Source: a virus | Taxonomy: Duplodnaviria; Caudoviricetes | IMG/VR virus record: IMGVR_UViG_3300010376_001817 | Coordinates: 1-26,077 of that record | Strand: one strand, 5' to 3' | DNA: 26,077 bases | Part shown: one piece after another, positions 16,635 to 24,428 of the stretch | How positions within the stretch are numbered: the stretch's first letter is position 1 | Layout: each line of letters begins with the position of its first letter | Made by a program: the position numbers and the translations under genes | The notes under the pieces: generated by a model | Told to the model about the DNA's origin: nothing | The model's database searches: none | Seen by the model: the letters and a program-made list of their open reading frames with translations, nothing else

Positions 16635-17549
16635 CTATGTGGCGTTGTTTGTTTTGAAGGCTTTCAGTCGGTTAAGGAACTCTTCCGGCTCGAATTCTAG
16701 AGTTCTCATGAATTTCTTCCGCGCCTTAGGCGAGTATTCTCCTCGCTGGAATTTCAGGAATTCGGTTTGGTTTTTGTATCCGGTGACATTAAAAATGTTC
16801 TTGCGCGTGATACGCGTCCCCGTTTTGGCTAGCACCTTGTCGATGAAGGCGTCCACGATCGCGCGACCCGTGTCCGGCTCCGGTGGCGGAGGTGCTGCCA
16901 CCCGGCCCTTCGACTTCACAACAGGACTTTTCCAAGCTCTTGCCACATTGAGTATCGCCCGTTGATAAGCCTTCAAAACAACTGCTTCCTCCAGGCCCAG
17001 AGTGTCGCCAGTCAGCCATCGCTCAAATGCGTCGCCGGTCACCCATCGGCCAAAATCACGGATCCACTGATCGGCCTGGTCTGCGGTCCATACGCGTTGC
17101 ATGCCGAGTTTGTGCGCGCACGCGATAAATGCTCTCATCACACGGGAAGTTCCATCTGGTGGACTCATGTCCAGTGCGGCGGCGAGCGTTTCCATCACTT
17201 TCGCCCGATCGACAGGAAGGACTTCATCGGGATATGGGAACGGGACCGAGGGCATACGAAACCTCGGAATCCGCAAGCTTATCCCTATCGGCGGGGGCGG
17301 CTTCGGGGCGGCAGAGATTTTCGGCCGGAGTTCGAGCGAGAGTTTCTTGATTTCTTCCGTCGCACTGGCTTCCGGCAGTCCGACGATGCGTATGATCTCG
17401 CTTGGGTGCTCGGTCAGATAGTCAAGAATTTGCGGACCAGCTTTGTCTTCGAGCAATGCGTGCCGTATTGCCCCAGATCCAGGGCCGGCCGGAATCTTCG
17501 CTGCAGCAAGGAATAGCTCTTGGCGATGCGGTAATCTGTCCCTAGACAC
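16635..17549 (-). CDS. Hypothetical protein; N-terminus resembles a phage scaffold C-terminal region, C-terminus possibly DNA-binding
   Basis: 304-aa ORF; ALLEDKAGPQILDYLTEHPSEIIRIVGL...EIKKL...KISAAPKPPPPI. Confidence 0.65.
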   Translation of the reverse strand: MSRDRLPHRQELFLAAAKIPAGPGSGAIRHALLEDKAGPQILDYLTEHPSEIIRIVGLPEASATEEIKKLSLELRPKISAAPKPPPPIGISLRIPRFRMPSVPFPYPDEVLPVDRAKVMETLAAALDMSPPDGTSRVMRAFIACAHKLGMQRVWTADQADQWIRDFGRWVTGDAFERWLTGDTLGLEEAVVLKAYQRAILNVARAWKSPVVKSKGRVAAPPPPEPDTGRAIVDAFIDKVLAKTGTRITRKNIFNVTGYKNQTEFLKFQRGEYSPKARKKFMRTLEFEPEEFLNRLKAFKTNNAT

Positions 17550-17637
17550 GTATTGAGCTGGGGCGTCGCCACACTATGCAAAAGACTGGGGCGCCCTGGC
17601 CCTCCTATACGTGTAATTTAATCGATCTCAGAGCGGC

Positions 17638-17930
17638 TTATCCGACTGCGAACCCTGTGACGGAAGTTAGACTGTCTGGGCGCTTGGGAAGAGGTAGCAG
17701 TCGAATGATCCCGGCGACCCCGATCCAGGCGCGCCAGGCGCGTACCGGACAGGTACGTGGTGCGTGCGCCAATATCACCAACCTGCTGCTGACACGCGCG
17801 GTGCTGGTGTTCGTCGACGTGGCGCAATGACTTCCCATTGACTGCCCTTTGAATCTCCATTGAGCTGCCGAGGAACGCGGAAATGGCCGCGCGCCAAGAT
17901 GTTGCCAATCGACTACCCCGAATTTCATTG
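17638..17930 (-). pseudogene. Possible remnant of a Cre-like tyrosine recombinase
   Basis: TCPVRAWRAWIGVAGI resembles the CPVRALxxWLxxAGI segment; flanking sequence is degenerate. Confidence 0.35.
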
Positions 17931-17971
17931 GACTTAGAAGAGTAGCCAAATGGAGAACGCATTTTTCATCC

Positions 17972-19480
17972 TCAGCCCATCCACGAGCCGCTGAATCCGC
18001 TCATCAACCGTTCCGCCAGCGGCCTCTCCTGTGCGGCAACCGGCGGCACGTGCGCCGCAAACGTCAGCGCGAGCGCATCGCCCCGGTCCGGAGAGGCCAC
18101 GCCCCGCTTCTGCATGTTTTCCTTGCTCTCAAGGACCAACTGATCGCTGCGGTTCAGATGCGATCCCGGTGCCGTCAAATCCGTTTCGAGCACCACATCA
18201 TCCGGCGGAATCGCTCCGTGATCCAGCCAGTCGCGCATCTTCGACCACATGTAAGCTCGCATGTTCGCCTGGTGTCGGTCGGGCGATGGCGCCCCGAAGC
18301 TGACCTCGCGCACGTTGTCATAGCCCATCGATCGCAGGCGTTCGACGTAGGGTGCACCAAATGCCGAATCCACGAACATCGCCGACACCCGGCGCTGGGG
18401 CCGCCGGTCGCTCAGAATCTCGGCCAGCTTGGCGAGCATCCCGCTACGCTCCTGGCTGTACTGCCCGGGCACCAGAACCGGAGGAATGCTGCGCGCATCC
18501 AAGCCCCTGCGAAACCAGATCACGTTCCATGCTTGACCACCGCCGCTGACGTCGAAGCCGCAAATCAACGGATCATCCGCAAATGCCTGCACCTGGCGGC
18601 GCTTGGCACCGTCGATGCGATCCTGGTCGATGTACTGGAGATCGCCGGCGCGCGGCGCCATGCCTTTGACACGCACCCGGCAAAAATCGCTGTCTTCGCC
18701 GTAATCGCGGATCCATTCTTCGAGGAGCGCCCGGTTGGTGAAGCGGGAGGTGCGGCTGTCGATCAAGCGAAAGTTCCAGCGGTCGCGCAGCTTGCCGAAA
18801 CAGACCTCGTAAAAACGGCCTGATTTGCGCGCCGGCTGGCCCCAGCAGAAGAACATCGGTTCGCCGTCGGTCAGTCCGCCCTGCGCCACGTCCCAGATCG
18901 CATCGGGAATATGACTGCTCTCGTCGAACAGGTACCAGCTCGTCGAAGTGCGCGCGTGCTGGCCGGCGAACGCCTGTGCGTTTTCGGGCTTGCAGGTTTG
19001 AATGACGCACTTCCAGTTCTCCGGACTCATCTTCGAGTAGATGCCCTTGATGTGAATGTCGAACCAGCCGGCGGTGATGCACATCCGCATCCAGTTCTGA
19101 ATGGCGGCCCAGGTGCGCGATTCCAGTTGCAACCAGGTGTTTGCGGTGACGGTTCCGATCGAGTACGGCCTGGTCGACAAAATCCAGCCGGCGATCCACG
19201 CGCCCAGAACTGTCTTACCGGTCCCGTGCCCCGAGGAAATCGCCATCAGCACCGGCATGACCGGATCCGTGCCGTTGAAACGGCGCTTGCGCACTTCGCG
19301 CCCGAGATCTTCGAGGAAGGCACGCTGGTTCGCATCCGGACCGGATTCGCTGGCCAGCGGTGTGTTGGGCTCACCCCACGGATAGGCGTAATGCACGAAG
19401 CCCAACGGGTCGTTGGTGTATTCCATGATGTCGTCGGCGAGATCAGCCGGCGAGATCTTCTGGGTCTGTGTCCTGGGCAC
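17972..19480 (-). CDS. terL: Terminase large subunit
   Basis: Walker A SGHGTGKT, Walker B YLFDES, AFAGQH, motif III-like GQP, nuclease GFDV and SPDRGDALALTFA. Confidence 0.95.
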   Translation of the reverse strand: MPRTQTQKISPADLADDIMEYTNDPLGFVHYAYPWGEPNTPLASESGPDANQRAFLEDLGREVRKRRFNGTDPVMPVLMAISSGHGTGKTVLGAWIAGWILSTRPYSIGTVTANTWLQLESRTWAAIQNWMRMCITAGWFDIHIKGIYSKMSPENWKCVIQTCKPENAQAFAGQHARTSTSWYLFDESSHIPDAIWDVAQGGLTDGEPMFFCWGQPARKSGRFYEVCFGKLRDRWNFRLIDSRTSRFTNRALLEEWIRDYGEDSDFCRVRVKGMAPRAGDLQYIDQDRIDGAKRRQVQAFADDPLICGFDVSGGGQAWNVIWFRRGLDARSIPPVLVPGQYSQERSGMLAKLAEILSDRRPQRRVSAMFVDSAFGAPYVERLRSMGYDNVREVSFGAPSPDRHQANMRAYMWSKMRDWLDHGAIPPDDVVLETDLTAPGSHLNRSDQLVLESKENMQKRGVASPDRGDALALTFAAHVPPVAAQERPLAERLMSGFSGSWMG

Positions 19481-19994
19481 TGCGGTTCAGTTCGAGCACG
19501 CGTTTGCGCGCGGTACCGATACGATCGGCGATGGTGATTTCGCCCGAGATTTGCTGCTCGATGCGCTCCTTATAGGCTTCGCGCTTGAAGCGCTTTAGCA
19601 GGACGTGATGCAAATGATGATCATACTCGACTTCGTATAGAAACTCGCCGTTCACAGTTACTGGCTCGCCTTGATAGAGAACTAGTCGGCGATTGCCTTC
19701 ACGGACCCGCTCGACGGCCAAGTCCTCGAGTATCTGACCGACTTGCTGTTCCGCCTGCTCGAATGCTGTGCGATAGGCGGGATCGGATTGTAGCTTGCGG
19801 TAATGCGTCTTGAAAGCGATGCCTGCAATCTTACAGGCGTGCTTCACGCGGCCGGTTTGGGCGTATGCGTCGAGGAAGGCGCGCAGGCGGGCTGCTGTGC
19901 TCTTGCGGGCTGATTCGCTGAGGATACCCTCGGTTTCGGTGTCATTGGTGTCAGCCAGTTGTGGTGAATCGTCCGGTTCCCGCTCGGTCTGCAT
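19443..19994 (-). CDS. terS: Terminase small subunit-like protein 1
   Basis: AFLDAYAQTGRVKHACKIAGI..HY...DPAY..AFEQA...LEDLAVERVREG...EYD...LLK; overlaps the terL start. Confidence 0.82.
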   Translation of the reverse strand: MQTEREPDDSPQLADTNDTETEGILSESARKSTAARLRAFLDAYAQTGRVKHACKIAGIAFKTHYRKLQSDPAYRTAFEQAEQQVGQILEDLAVERVREGNRRLVLYQGEPVTVNGEFLYEVEYDHHLHHVLLKRFKREAYKERIEQQISGEITIADRIGTARKRVLELNRSAQDTDPEDLAG

Positions 19995-20091
19995 GGGATT
20001 ATCATATGCCCCGCACGAGTCGCCGGCCAATGTTTTCAGGGCCTTCCGGGCCAGATGAGAACCGGATCTTCGCCATTCGCCTGGGAGCCGC

Positions 20092-20511
20092 TCATTGCAC
20101 TTCCTCGCGTGGGATCGCGATGAGCCGGCGCACAGCTTCCCGCGCGTCTGGTGCCGCGATATCGGCAAGGGTAACGGTGCCCGAATGCTCGACCATCGTG
20201 TGCTCGCGGTACTGCGGCAGCCAGGAGCGCAACAGGAAGAGGAGAAGCTCATCGCTTCCAGCGAACGCGCGGCGGAAGCATTCCGCTTCGAGGAGGTCGG
20301 CAACCTGCTGCTGCGCGGCTTCAAACTGCTTGCGGTAGGAATCCGACGTTTCGAGCATCTCGTAATGCGCGGAGAGGCTGATCTTTGCAGCCCTGGCAGC
20401 GGCGCGGAGACTGCCCGTTTTCCCGTATCGGTCCATGAACTTGCGAATGCGGTCGGCCGGCATGCCGGGGATCTCCGGCCCGGTTGGCTGCTTTGCCTCC
20501 AAGCTACTCAT
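20092..20511 (-). CDS. Terminase small subunit-like protein 2
   Basis: KFMDRYGKTGSLRAAARAAKIS..HY...Y..QFEAA...LLEAECFRRA..GSDELLLFLL...YRE...VEHSG; same family pattern as terS1. Confidence 0.75.
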   Translation of the reverse strand: MSSLEAKQPTGPEIPGMPADRIRKFMDRYGKTGSLRAAARAAKISLSAHYEMLETSDSYRKQFEAAQQQVADLLEAECFRRAFAGSDELLLFLLRSWLPQYREHTMVEHSGTVTLADIAAPDAREAVRRLIAIPREEVQ

Positions 20512-20578
20512 GAGGGTAATGATATCCCTGAACAAGATCGAACGAACGAAAACTCTGATCGGCGACCGTAGCGATCGG

Positions 20579-20779
20579 CTAGGTCTCCGACAACTTTTGC
20601 ACGGCAGCTTCCACTTCATCCACCGGTAGAGTGCGCACGACGACGCCGCATTCGTTGCAGATTATCTCGGCCTGGTCGGCTCCCTTCAGGCGAACGAACA
20701 GGCAGCCGCAGCAGTCCACGCCCAGCGTCTCGTGGGCGACGATCGGCACCCGAGCGTTGATTTCGTCAGCCCGGCTCAC
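20579..20779 (-). CDS. Small zinc-ribbon protein
   Basis: CCGC...ICNECG; GTGA-coupled start. Confidence 0.7.
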   Translation of the reverse strand: MSRADEINARVPIVAHETLGVDCCGCLFVRLKGADQAEIICNECGVVVRTLPVDEVEAAVQKLSET

Positions 20780-21186
20780 TGGTCTTTCCCTGTGGACGCG
20801 AAGCGTGCCATCGCTTCCCGTGCCTCCTTTAGGCGCTCACGCATACGCGCCAAGAGCTCCGCGTTTTCCTCTCCGGAGATCTTTACGATCGCCTGGCCGG
20901 CTTGAATCATCGCACTCATAAGCCCCTCAAGCACGCGCAGCAGGCCGCGCAGATCGTCGCCCGAAGCCGTGCGGACTGGCGCCAGCCGCTGGACCGCCTG
21001 CATCAATAGCTCCGGCTTGCCGCGTCGATGCGCTTCGCGGCAGATCTGGCTGAACCGGTTGAAACCGGGTTGGGGCGATGCCAGGGCCTGCCACAGGTGG
21101 TCCTTGACGCTTTCGGTCAGGAACTCGTCGTCGGCCTCACGCCAAACCCTCTCCCATTCGGCATCGTCGCGGGGGGAACCGGACAT
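20776..21186 (-). CDS. Hypothetical protein
   Basis: AAGGAG RBS before ATG 21186. Confidence 0.7.
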   Translation of the reverse strand: MSGSPRDDAEWERVWREADDEFLTESVKDHLWQALASPQPGFNRFSQICREAHRRGKPELLMQAVQRLAPVRTASGDDLRGLLRVLEGLMSAMIQAGQAIVKISGEENAELLARMRERLKEAREAMARFASTGKDQ

Positions 21187-21287
21187 AGAGAATCTCCTTA
21201 CTTGAAATCGGTCACCTTCAAGTTCCGATCGGTTTCGTCGCCGCTCCGCGCACCGCATAATCATTGGCCGGCCGAGTTCAGAGAGGA

Positions 21288-21518
21288 TCAGAGTTCTTCG
21301 CACCAGTCACCTCGCTCGATCATCGTGATCTCGAGAGGGCCGAAGCACAGGGCGAACTCCCCGGTCGAGAAGTGGAAACCGAAAAGGAACTGACGCAGGC
21401 AGATCTCGAACAGCAGGACATACTTCGGAACGCCGGGAATCGGCCAGACCGAGTAGAAATGCGTCCAATCGTTCCAGCGGGCGCACAACGGGGCGAGACT
21501 CAGGGGCAGCAGTCGCAT
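21288..21518 (-). CDS. Small hydrophobic protein (paralog B)
   Basis: WPIPGVPKYVLLFEI...GP motif shared with the neighbouring gene; start uncertain. Confidence 0.55.
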   Translation of the reverse strand: MRLLPLSLAPLCARWNDWTHFYSVWPIPGVPKYVLLFEICLRQFLFGFHFSTGEFALCFGPLEITMIERGDWCEEL

Positions 21519-21670
21519 CGTCGAAGAAGCGTGAGTGCGAACGGCCCGGCCAGAACACAGACCGTGTTGATCTCGCCGAATGTTAAGCCGATCAGCCACA
21601 AGCGCGGATCGATTTCGAGTTGGATCGCATACTTGCGAACGCCCGGAATCCGCCAATAGCAGTGGAACAT
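21500..21670 (-). CDS. 56-aa hydrophobic protein (paralog A) MFHCYWRIPGVRKYAIQLEIDPRLWLIG...
   Basis: Manual translation; similar to 21288-21518. Confidence 0.6.
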   Translation of the reverse strand: MFHCYWRIPGVRKYAIQLEIDPRLWLIGLTFGEINTVCVLAGPFALTLLRRCDCCP

Positions 21671-21683
21671 ATCGCGCCAGTAG

Positions 21684-21869
21684 CTAATCGGTCAAAATGA
21701 GAACGCCGTCCAACAATTCAATCTTGCGTGGAAGCAGCTGGTACACCTCCAGGCTTATCTTGGACTCTCCACCCAGTATCGCCAGCGCCAAAGCCAGCGC
21801 CGCACGCTCTCGTGGCGACAGGTTCTCTCGACGAGCCAGCCCCTTCAATTCGTCAAGAATTGTAGACAT
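21684..21869 (-). CDS. Hypothetical protein
   Basis: 61-aa ORF; GAGG RBS. Confidence 0.55.
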   Translation of the reverse strand: MSTILDELKGLARRENLSPRERAALALALAILGGESKISLEVYQLLPRKIELLDGVLILTD

Positions 21870-21931
21870 TTTGCTTTTTGCCTCAAAGAGCCAGGTCCAA
21901 ATAGATCAGCATGCCGGAAACTTCGTCGCGG

Positions 21932-22441
21932 TTATTCCAATTCCCGGAACAGTTCTTCCAAAGGAACGGCAATCGGCGAACCGGCGACCTCTAGCGCAGT
22001 GGTGACTTCGCGACGGCCTTCGGGCATGATCGTCCAGGCGCGGCGCGACTTCGGATCCAGCACCCAGACGTTGGCGATACCGAAGCTCAGGTAATCGGCG
22101 ATGCGCTCTTCCATGCGCGCCCAGGTGTCCTCGGGAGAGAGCACCTCGACGGTGATCAGGGGCGGGTGCGTGAGGATCTGCTCCACCGGCTGGGCGCGGT
22201 CAATGACGGTCATGTCCGGTACGCGGTAACGCGTCGGGCTCACCTGAACGCGCAGTTCTGGCACCGCACGAATATTCCACTCGCGCTCGCGGGTGCGAAA
22301 CCAAACCACCAAAGCAGCCTGCAGATTCGCGTGATCGTACGTGCCCAAGTTGCGCTCCTCGATGGTGCCGTCGATATACTCCCGATCCGGCCGGTAGTTG
22401 GTGGCGAGGTATTCGCCGATGGAAACCAGGGTAGTGGCCAT
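21932..22441 (-). CDS. Uma2 family (DUF820) putative endonuclease
   Basis: EYLATNYRPDREYIDG..H..LQ, ELRV, YRVPD, VEVLSPED, Y...G...VWVLDP; AAGGAG RBS before ATG 22441. Confidence 0.93.
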   Translation of the reverse strand: MATTLVSIGEYLATNYRPDREYIDGTIEERNLGTYDHANLQAALVVWFRTREREWNIRAVPELRVQVSPTRYRVPDMTVIDRAQPVEQILTHPPLITVEVLSPEDTWARMEERIADYLSFGIANVWVLDPKSRRAWTIMPEGRREVTTALEVAGSPIAVPLEELFRELE

Positions 22442-22443
22442 AC

Positions 22444-22668
22444 TTATTTCTCCTTCTTCCCCCACCTGGCCGCGGCGGCTTTCTTGGCGCTCGCCTTGCG
22501 CTGGGCTGACGTTAATTTCTTAGCGCGGGCCTTGCCGCCAACCAATCCGCCGGCTTTCGCAAATGCCTGACGGTCTTCTGCACTCATCAGCTTCATGCGG
22601 GCTGGCCCTCCTTTTTTCCCGCCTAATTTGCCCAAGGCCACTGCGGCCGGATTTTTTTTCTTCGCCAT
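22444..22668 (-). CDS. Small basic KGG-repeat protein (NPAAVALGKLGGKKGG...ARW)
   Basis: Recognisable motif with an internally duplicated GGxxGGxAR unit. Confidence 0.85.
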   Translation of the reverse strand: MAKKKNPAAVALGKLGGKKGGPARMKLMSAEDRQAFAKAGGLVGGKARAKKLTSAQRKASAKKAAAARWGKKEK

Positions 22669-22681
22669 TTATCCCCAATCC

Positions 22682-22734
22682 TAACACAATCGCTCTTGTT
22701 ACGTATTGACAAGATCGCTCTTGTCACGCATAAT
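22682..22734 (+). promoter_or_regulatory. Divergent promoter region: TTGACA-17-CATAAT with two operator-like repeats
   Basis: -35 at 22706-22711, -10 at 22729-22734; ATCGCTCTTGT(T/C)ACG at 22689 and 22714; palindrome TGACAAGA-TCGC-TCTTGTCA at 22707-22726. Confidence 0.85.
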
Positions 22735-22779
22735 GGGTTTGTACTCAGCCGCGAGGCTTAAAAAGCGCGAAAGGCAAAT

Positions 22780-22971
22780 ATGATTCCGGTTCATTCCATC
22801 CTAGAAGTGGGCGAGACTTACAACTCGCTCGGCGTTTCCTACCTCTCTTATTCGTTCGGCATCGGCAATAAGCCGAAACGCATGACCTACCTTCCCCTCC
22901 GCGACGGCAACGGCATTCTGGTCGGCAACATCTTCCTGCCGGCCGAGACGCTCTTAGGAGAAATCCTCTGA
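22780..22971 (+). CDS. Hypothetical early protein
   Basis: First ORF after the promoter; TGATG coupling to the next gene. Confidence 0.65.
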   Translation: MIPVHSILEVGETYNSLGVSYLSYSFGIGNKPKRMTYLPLRDGNGILVGNIFLPAETLLGEIL

Positions 22972-23285
22972 TGTTTCACTACTACGATCCCCTTCCCCAA
23001 GCGGACGACGTCACCCGAACGGTCGCCGTCCACGAGTGCCAGAACTGCGGCAAAACGTGCGAGAGGCTGACTTGGCTCGAAGGCTGGAATTTCAACGCCT
23101 GCGAAACCTGCGCTGAAGAAGCCGCCGCCGAAGACGCGCGCGAAGCAGCGCAGCTCTTCTGCAAGAACTGCTTCACCGACGTCGAAGACGCTAGCGAGCT
23201 GACGCGCGCCAGCGTCTGCCCGGGATGCGCCGCTGAAGAGGCGCGCGAGTTCTGGCTGAACGTCAGAGCAGGAGGCAGATACTAA
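22971..23285 (+). CDS. Double zinc-finger protein
   Basis: Four CxxC pairs in two repeated units; AGGAG RBS. Confidence 0.75.
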   Translation: MFHYYDPLPQADDVTRTVAVHECQNCGKTCERLTWLEGWNFNACETCAEEAAAEDAREAAQLFCKNCFTDVEDASELTRASVCPGCAAEEAREFWLNVRAGGRY

Positions 23286-23287
23286 TC

Positions 23288-23452
23288 ATGGCGATCCGCA
23301 TCGTTTCCATCGGCAACAGGCTTTATGCCCGGACACGCGTCAAGCCGAGCCTGCTCGAGCAGTACCGCAAACTGCAGGCCGAATGCACGCACGAGAAGCG
23401 CGATCAGCGCGGCGTCTGCTATCGCTGCGGCCATAAGAAGGAGGTGGCCTGA
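23288..23452 (+). CDS. 54-aa putative Zn-binding protein (CTH...CYRCG)
   Basis: Manual translation; fills the operon gap. Confidence 0.6.
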   Translation: MAIRIVSIGNRLYARTRVKPSLLEQYRKLQAECTHEKRDQRGVCYRCGHKKEVA

Positions 23453-23453
23453 C

Positions 23454-23630
23454 ATGAGCCGCGGACAGGTGGCCGCCAAAGTGGCCGCAAACAAAGCCAG
23501 GCATCCGGAGCTGTATTGCCCGAATGCGAAATGCCTGTGGCGTACGGGGGGAGGCTATTGCCCCAGGCACCAGCCGGCAAATTCCCGGCAACTCGAAACA
23601 AGACTCGAAATGAAGGAGGTATCGAAGTAA
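23454..23630 (+). CDS. Small Cys/His protein (CPNAKC..CPRH)
   Basis: AAGGAGGT RBS before ATG 23454. Confidence 0.65.
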   Translation: MSRGQVAAKVAANKARHPELYCPNAKCLWRTGGGYCPRHQPANSRQLETRLEMKEVSK

Positions 23631-24184
23631 TGTCCACGATTCGCTTTGTCACCAACGTACCGGCCGAGCTGCGTCTGCGTTCTCTCGAGGGCAAGCCCGT
23701 CGAGAGCCAGTTCGGCGGTATGCAACACATGTTCAGCGCCGAAGAGGGCGCATTCTACGTGAGTGAGACGGTCGGCGCGATCCTCGCCGAGCAATTCCGC
23801 AAGCTGGGCGTCAAGGCCGGCGAGCCGGTCGAAATCACCAAGGCTGAAGTCAGCCGCGGCAACGGCCGCAAGTCCATCCAGTGGACGGTAACGAAACCGG
23901 TGGCGCCCGAATCCGCAGCGCCGCCGAGCGAACTGGAGCACAAGCTGGCCGACTCGATCGCGATGGTCGAGGCACGCAAACAGGCACAGACGCCGGAGCA
24001 GCCGGCCTGGGCGCGGGCGCTTTCCACGCAGACCAGGCACGTCCTGGACGTCTATGCGGAGCTGGTCGCCTACGCCAGCGACCGGCACGGCAATCTGGTG
24101 CGGCCGGACGATATCCGCACCATGATGACCACGGTGTTCATCAACCTCAGCAAGAATTCCGGAGGCAACGCCAATGCAGCCTAG
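23630..24184 (+). CDS. Hypothetical protein, possible ssDNA-binding/recombination partner
   Basis: AAGGAGGT RBS; beta-rich N-terminal domain; lies upstream of the exonuclease (function inferred). Confidence 0.7.
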   Translation: MSTIRFVTNVPAELRLRSLEGKPVESQFGGMQHMFSAEEGAFYVSETVGAILAEQFRKLGVKAGEPVEITKAEVSRGNGRKSIQWTVTKPVAPESAAPPSELEHKLADSIAMVEARKQAQTPEQPAWARALSTQTRHVLDVYAELVAYASDRHGNLVRPDDIRTMMTTVFINLSKNSGGNANAA

Positions 24185-24428
24185 TCACGCAACCACCACC
24201 TGGGACGAATTCACTATGCGCCAGGCCGTGCGGGAAACCGGCGAGGATCTCGAATCGCTCCAGCCGTCACGCCCGCAGCGGGAAGCCAGGGAGTCCTCGC
24301 TCTCGGCCGTGCTGATGCAAGCCATTCATGTGGCCGGCGCGCGCCGCGGCCGTATCTCACAAGCCGAGCGCATCCGCGAGCAGACGCTGCTCGAAGTGCT
24401 GACCGAAGCCATGCGGAGGGCGCGATGA
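24174..24428 (+). CDS. Hypothetical protein
   Basis: GGAGG RBS; ATGA overlap with the nuclease. Confidence 0.7.
   Translation: MQPSHATTTWDEFTMRQAVRETGEDLESLQPSRPQREARESSLSAVLMQAIHVAGARRGRISQAERIREQTLLEVLTEAMRRAR

Noticed and set aside
19995-20324. N-terminal 109-aa extension of terS1 in the ORF track
   Set aside because: Overlaps terS2 in another frame and is Arg/Ser-rich junk; ATG 19994 is more plausible
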